Positions 59,349 to 64,000 of a stretch of 64,000 bases of DNA are shown one piece after another. The stretch lies in contig CALAZI010000029.1 in the NCBI GenBank assembly GCA_937895955.1, positions 4,099-68,098 of the forward strand, written 5' to 3'. Both the position numbers and the translations under genes were made by a program. Each line of letters starts with the position of its first letter. Position 1 is the first letter of the stretch. This stretch comes from an uncultured Alphaproteobacteria bacterium (GTDB lineage: Bacteria; Pseudomonadota; Alphaproteobacteria; Caulobacterales; Parvularculaceae). Below the pieces are notes generated by a model. That model saw only the letters and a program-made list of their open reading frames with translations. It made no database searches and was not told where the DNA came from.

Positions 59349-60041
59349 TCAGGCTGCAAGGGCTCTGTCGACGGCCGCTTTGGCGAGCGAGAGTTCGTCT
59401 TCATACTTCGCCGTCGCATCCAGATCGAATATCGGCGCCCCGTTGAAGGACGTCTTCGGGAGCGCCGCGATTTTTTGCGACACAAGCGTCCGGTTATGGT
59501 CGGGCTTTCGCGCCATCGCCGTGTCGATGTCGACATGCAGCCTGATCACCAATGTCGGCACATAGGCCGCCATACGCCGATACAGCGCGCGCTCTTCGGC
59601 TTTAATGCGCGCGACATCCGGACTTTTCGCGATGCCCGCTAGGATGGGGCCGTCGTGATATCCGGCGATTTCAGCTTGAGGATAGCGGTCGGTGACAATG
59701 ACGACGCCGTTGCGGCGCTTTTGCTGCAAGGCCTCAAACCGCCGAAATCTTTTTTTCGACCGATAGAGCGCGTAGCGCGCGACAAGACCGCTCGGTATTG
59801 TCGATTCCGAGTCGCGCAAGCGATCCGCAATCTTTTCAAGTCGCGATTTCAGCCAGGGGCCGACGAACGGCCACTGGCCGATCTTCTTGCCCTGAACGCT
59901 TGAACCTTCGCCGAGATAACCGGCCTCCGCCGGGCGGCTGCGCCCGATATGCGCGATGAGATCGCTTGACAACTGCGATTTTCCGGCGCCGTCGCAGCCG
60001 ACGATTGCGATCAATGGCGCCAGATCAACGTCGCCGGCCAT
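59349..60041 (-). CDS. Thymidylate-kinase-fold P-loop kinase, YghR-like
   Basis: IVGCDGAGKS P-loop, VTDRYPQAEI..DGP, LVIRLHVDIDTAMARKPDH; closely follows E. coli YghR as recalled; ATG overlaps upstream TGA. Confidence 0.75.
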   Translation of the reverse strand: MAGDVDLAPLIAIVGCDGAGKSQLSSDLIAHIGRSRPAEAGYLGEGSSVQGKKIGQWPFVGPWLKSRLEKIADRLRDSESTIPSGLVARYALYRSKKRFRRFEALQQKRRNGVVIVTDRYPQAEIAGYHDGPILAGIAKSPDVARIKAEERALYRRMAAYVPTLVIRLHVDIDTAMARKPDHNRTLVSQKIAALPKTSFNGAPIFDLDATAKYEDELSLAKAAVDRALAA

Positions 60042-60781
60042 CAACGCAGATCTTTAAAATATCCCGTCAAGCCGATCCCGCTTATGGAAAGCCGCAATGC
60101 GATGATCGCGCCGTATGCGTAGACCCATATCATCTGCGCTGACGAGAGTTGAGCGATATCGAAGCCGTATCGCGCGAACCACGCGAAGAAAACCCCGGTC
60201 GCCAGCAGGAACAATTTATGCTGTTCGCGCCAGATCATGCGCTTCCACCAAAATCCGTATTTCGGCTTCACCCAACCGGTCAGCCTCGGCATCAGCATCG
60301 GCGTCGCCGCCGCCCACCGGTCGTATTCTTCGCCGAATTTCGATTGCAGGAATGCGGCTTCGAAAGAGGAGATGCGAATGTAGATAAGAACTGAGGCGAA
60401 AAGCGCGATGGCGCTGAAAACGATGCTGCCGGAAAGCATGGCGAGGCCGGCGTAGTTTATGATGCGTCCCGTATAAAGCGGATTGCGGACGAGGCTGTAA
60501 AATCCGGTCGTGTTGAGTTCAGCCGCCTCGGGCGCGCGTTTAACGCGCCCGGAAGTTCCGTATGCTGCAAAACCTGACGCCAGGGCGCGAAACAGAGCGC
60601 CGGCCGCAGCCGTCGCAATCGCCGATCCGAACCAGACGCGGTCGAGCGCCGCGCTTTCAAACGGGCCCGCATCGCGCGTCGTCAGGACGATTGCGGTCGA
60701 GATGATGATGATGGCGTAGATGTAGAGGCCGCGGATGAAAAACAGTCCTTGACCGAGGCGATCCGTATTCGTCTGAGGCAT
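60041..60781 (-). CDS. ICMT/PEMT-family membrane methyltransferase, LmtA-like
   Basis: GTSGR...LNTTGFYSLVRNPLYTG...RISSFEAAFLQSKFGEEYDRWAAATP..P..G..KP...RE; start ATG 60781 or TTG 60853. Confidence 0.75.
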   Translation of the reverse strand: MPQTNTDRLGQGLFFIRGLYIYAIIIISTAIVLTTRDAGPFESAALDRVWFGSAIATAAAGALFRALASGFAAYGTSGRVKRAPEAAELNTTGFYSLVRNPLYTGRIINYAGLAMLSGSIVFSAIALFASVLIYIRISSFEAAFLQSKFGEEYDRWAAATPMLMPRLTGWVKPKYGFWWKRMIWREQHKLFLLATGVFFAWFARYGFDIAQLSSAQMIWVYAYGAIIALRLSISGIGLTGYFKDLR

Positions 60782-60898
60782 GGAGTCGGTTCTATCCAAA
60801 AAAACGGCGTCGAGCGAACCCTCGCTCTTCTCAAGGACATCATACTCGCGCAAGCCGGCTCATCTAGCTGCGGGCTGCGCGGTCCGTCAATATTGCCC

Positions 60899-62452
60899 CT
60901 AGGTTGCAATAAGCCGCAGTCTTTGCGCGGCTTTCCCGAGCGAAAGCCGATCGGCGAGCGGCAATGCGCAGCGCGCCGACGCCCAGATGGAAACGGCGGC
61001 TATCGATATGACGAGCGGTATCGCAACGGCGTTGGGCAGGTGAGAGCCGGCGGCGCTCAAGGCGCCGCCTGCGAACGCGCTTGCGAGCGCGACGGCCGCA
61101 ACACGCGGAAACGCATTTGTGAACGGGTGCAGCGCTTCAACGCGCCAAAGCTGCGCCATGGGAATGGCGGAGGCGAAAACGAGGCCGATCGACGCCGCAA
61201 GCGTCACCGCCATCAACGCCGGCGTCCTGTCCAAAAGCCACCAGCCCGACAGGGCTGCGACAATTAGGCCGACAAGACTTGCGGTCAATTGATGACGAAA
61301 GGCCGCGACAACTTGCAGCACGGGGAGCGAGATGCCGAGCACGGCTTCCGCGGCGCGCGCAAACAGGAGGGTGATGACGGCGGCCTGGGCGATTTTCGCG
61401 TCGGGACCGAACAGCGAAAGGAGCGGCGCGCTGCCCGCCGCCAGAACGACGGCGAGCGGAACGGCGACGACGAAGATCAGCCGGACCGCGTAAGCGTAGA
61501 TCTCCCTGACTTCCTCGCGGTCCTTTCGCTCAGAACTTGCGGCGAGCGGCGCGAGCACATAGGAAAAGGCGATATAGACGAGTTGTATGACGCTCGACAG
61601 TTTGCGCGCGATGATGAAAAGGCCGCCGGCCGCCGCGCCTTGCGCGCCCGGCAGCAATTGATTGACGACGAGCGCGGGCGCATCGCTGAAAAGGCGCGCG
61701 ACGATGTTTGACGGCAGAATTGAAACGCCGGCGAGGGCCGTATCTTGCGCGGCCTTCGGCCAGAACGGGGCGGCGAATAATAGATTCAACCGATAATATC
61801 GCGCCAGCAAACCAAGGCTCAGCAGACCCGTGATCGCCAGAGAACAAAGATGAGCGATAAACAATCCGATCAGCCCGAATCCCATCGCGAAAAAAACGCT
61901 GGCGAATCCAAGACGTATCAATTGCTCCCAGACGATCCGCAGGCGGATTTCCGCGCCGAACAGCATTCGGGCGCGCAGCGCCGATGTCGCGATCTCGACA
62001 AACGCCCATAAGGGAAGCGCCCAGACGAACAGACGGATCGCCATGACAAGGTTTTTCTCGTCGGATGCGGCGACGTTGATCAACGGCGCGATTGCAGGCG
62101 CGCGCCAGGCGATGATGACGGCCGCGATGAGACATGGCCCGACGCCCATGAGCAATGCGGCGCGCAACGCCGCCGCCGCGTCTTCGTCATTCGCCGATCG
62201 CGGCACGGTGCGCTGCATCGCGCTTGTCATGCCGAGATCGCAAACATTCTCGATCAGGTTGATCGCCGACCACAAGACGGCGTAAAGGCCGTAGCCTGCG
62301 AGGCCGAACATCAGGACGTAGAGCGGTTGCGCGACGATTTCGACAAGCGCGCCCATTCTGGCGAGCGCTGTCGTGCCGATGCCTTTCGCAACGCGGCGGC
62401 TCGCGCCGGAATTCTCCTGTATTTCGTTGTCGGCCATATTGCGCTGTGCCAT
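60899..62452 (-). CDS. Wzx/MATE-superfamily oligosaccharide or lipid flippase
   Basis: 12-14 TM segments; FGLAGYGLYAV..DLGM, AAGGLFIIARKL; start 62452 or 62437. Confidence 0.75.
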   Translation of the reverse strand: MAQRNMADNEIQENSGASRRVAKGIGTTALARMGALVEIVAQPLYVLMFGLAGYGLYAVLWSAINLIENVCDLGMTSAMQRTVPRSANDEDAAAALRAALLMGVGPCLIAAVIIAWRAPAIAPLINVAASDEKNLVMAIRLFVWALPLWAFVEIATSALRARMLFGAEIRLRIVWEQLIRLGFASVFFAMGFGLIGLFIAHLCSLAITGLLSLGLLARYYRLNLLFAAPFWPKAAQDTALAGVSILPSNIVARLFSDAPALVVNQLLPGAQGAAAGGLFIIARKLSSVIQLVYIAFSYVLAPLAASSERKDREEVREIYAYAVRLIFVVAVPLAVVLAAGSAPLLSLFGPDAKIAQAAVITLLFARAAEAVLGISLPVLQVVAAFRHQLTASLVGLIVAALSGWWLLDRTPALMAVTLAASIGLVFASAIPMAQLWRVEALHPFTNAFPRVAAVALASAFAGGALSAAGSHLPNAVAIPLVISIAAVSIWASARCALPLADRLSLGKAAQRLRLIAT

Positions 62453-62512
62453 AGCGAGCCCGCCGCCGCGTTGCAACGAGCCTGCGCCGCGCCGCTTCAG
62501 GAATCGAGGACG

Positions 62513-63409
62513 ATGAATATGCGACCCCATACGGCGAAACGGCTTGCGGCGTCGGCCGCCTTTGTTGGTTTGAGCGCTTGCGCAAGCGCGCCCGAAACGG
62601 CGCCGCCGTCGCCCTGGGCGGCGTCAAACCCCGACTGGGTCGAGCGCATCGAACCGTTCAGGATCTATGACAATATTTATTTCGTCGGCACGCGCGGTCT
62701 GGCGAGCTTCCTCATTGTAACGTCTGAAGGACATTTTCTCATCGACGGCGGCTTGCCGGAGAACGCGCCGGCCATCGCCGAAAATATTGGTTCGCTCGGC
62801 TTTAAGGTCGGCGACGTCAAATACCTCCTCAACAGTCATGCGCACTTTGATCATTCAGGCGGCCTTGCAGCGCTCAAGAAAATGTCGGGCGCAACGATGG
62901 TTTCAAGCGAGGGTGACAAATGGGCGCTTGAGACGGGGCTTGTTCCGGGGTCGGAGGAAGATGCGACCTACGCCGCGCCGCCGGTGAAGGTCGACCGCAC
63001 GATCGGCGACAACGAGGCGCTTTCTCTTGGCGGCGTCTCGCTGACCGCGCATCTGACGCCCGGTCACACCAAAGGCTGCACGTCGTGGACGATGAATGCG
63101 GGCGGGAAAGAGGCGCTCTTCTTTTGCAGCGCCACGGTCGCGGCGAACCGCCTGGCGGGGCCGCCGCAATATGACGGCATTGTCGAGGATTACCGCGCGA
63201 CCTTCGCAAAAACGAAGGACTGGCGGCCGGACATTTTTCTGGCCAATCACCCGGGATTTTTCTCGATGGAGGAAAAGCGGACCCGGCAATTGGAAGGCGT
63301 AGAACAGGCGTTTGTCGATCCGAACGGGTTTCAGATAATGATAGAAAAACTTGAAGCTGCATTCGAAAAATCGCTCGCTGAGCAGACGTCGAAAGCGCAA
63401 GGCGAATGA
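62513..63409 (+). CDS. Subclass B3 metallo-beta-lactamase, lipoprotein
   Basis: EPFRIYDNIYFVGT, NSHAHFDHSGG, PGHTKGC, FFCS, ANHP; lipobox LSAC; GAGGA RBS. Confidence 0.88.
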   Translation: MNMRPHTAKRLAASAAFVGLSACASAPETAPPSPWAASNPDWVERIEPFRIYDNIYFVGTRGLASFLIVTSEGHFLIDGGLPENAPAIAENIGSLGFKVGDVKYLLNSHAHFDHSGGLAALKKMSGATMVSSEGDKWALETGLVPGSEEDATYAAPPVKVDRTIGDNEALSLGGVSLTAHLTPGHTKGCTSWTMNAGGKEALFFCSATVAANRLAGPPQYDGIVEDYRATFAKTKDWRPDIFLANHPGFFSMEEKRTRQLEGVEQAFVDPNGFQIMIEKLEAAFEKSLAEQTSKAQGE

Positions 63410-64000
63410 GCGCTCATTTGCCGCTCATCATGGGCGTCGTCAACGTGACGCCCGATTCCTTTTCCGACGGCGGCGCGTTCCATGATCCGGCGCATGCGAT
63501 CGATCACGCGCTGAAGCTTGTCGAGGAAGGCGCCGCCATTCTCGACATCGGCGGGGAATCGACGCGGCCGGGCGCCGAAATGGTTCCGGCGGAAACGGAA
63601 CTTGCGCGCGTCCTGCCGGTCATTAAGGGCCTCGCCAGCCAGACCGCCGCCGTCATTTCGATCGACACGCGCAAGCCGGAAGCGGCGCGCGCGGCGATCG
63701 ACGCCGGCGCCTCGATCTGGAATGACGTCTCCGCGCTTTCCTACTCGTCGGAAAGCCTGCGCGCCGCGGCGGCGCTCGATTGCCGGATCGTTCTCATGCA
63801 TGCGCAGGGCGAGCCCGAAACCATGCAGGTTGATCCGCGTTATGACGATGTCGTCGAGGAGGTGTTGCGGGCGCTCAAAGACAGGATCGCCGCCTGCGAA
63901 AGGGCGGGGATCGATCGCGCCCGCCTCATCGTCGATCCGGGGGTCGGCTTCGGCAAGCGGCTCGATCACAACCTTGCGCTGATCGCCGATCTCGGCCGTT
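63406..64000 (+). CDS. folP: Dihydropteroate synthase, 5' part (truncated by window)
   Basis: MSAHLPLIMGVVNVTPDSFSDGG, DIGGESTRPGA, SIDTRK, WNDVS, DPGVGFGK; ATG overlaps bla TGA. Confidence 0.95.
   Translation, partial: MSAHLPLIMGVVNVTPDSFSDGGAFHDPAHAIDHALKLVEEGAAILDIGGESTRPGAEMVPAETELARVLPVIKGLASQTAAVISIDTRKPEAARAAIDAGASIWNDVSALSYSSESLRAAAALDCRIVLMHAQGEPETMQVDPRYDDVVEEVLRALKDRIAACERAGIDRARLIVDPGVGFGKRLDHNLALIADLGR

Noticed and set aside
1-64000. Many long Arg/Ala-rich antisense or off-frame ORFs in the track (e.g. 12709-14349, 32981-34366, 57635-58933)
   Set aside because: They shadow clearly identified genes, lack motifs, and are expected in high-GC DNA.
1-64000. CRISPR arrays, tRNA/rRNA, integrases, transposases, prophage genes
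   Set aside because: No regularly spaced repeats, cloverleaf or rRNA sequence, or mobile-element motifs were recognised by eye. A covariance-model scan was not run.
63406-64000. folP as a mobile sul resistance gene
   Set aside because: It sits at the native position downstream of ftsH with host-like codon use, and there is no integron or IS context.

Overview
GC-rich alphaproteobacterial chromosomal segment. The gene content, Tad/Cpa locus and CtrA boxes suggest a Caulobacterales/Parvularculaceae-like organism (inference). It is mostly housekeeping: 3' end of oxyR, pabBAC, a CtrA-marked Tad/Cpa pilus locus (cpaI-like, flp, cpaABCDEF, tadBC), slt-udg/etfQO-TPR-ispE, ispB, dsbD-redoxin, pgi, hisS, ybgC..tolQRAB-pal-cpoB-tilS-ftsH and the 5' part of folP. 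I saw no tRNA, rRNA, CRISPR array, integrase or transposase. The main points of interest are: (1) a cassette between ftsH and folP encoding a Wzx-type flippase, an LmtA-like lipid-phosphate methyltransferase and a YghR-like TMK-fold kinase (candidate phospho-methylation system for a lipid or glycan), plus a lipoprotein subclass B3 metallo-beta-lactamase translationally coupled to folP; (2) an intact p-coumarate-CoA-ligase-like ORF lacking its ATP-binding motifs, coupled to pabBAC; (3) a Tad secretin with an extra ~60 aa containing a DxDxDG motif, and a degenerate Crp-family gene inside the Tad locus; (4) a ToxR/CadC-like module splitting ybgC from tolQ. All family assignments come from motif recognition and recalled reference sequences; no database search was run.
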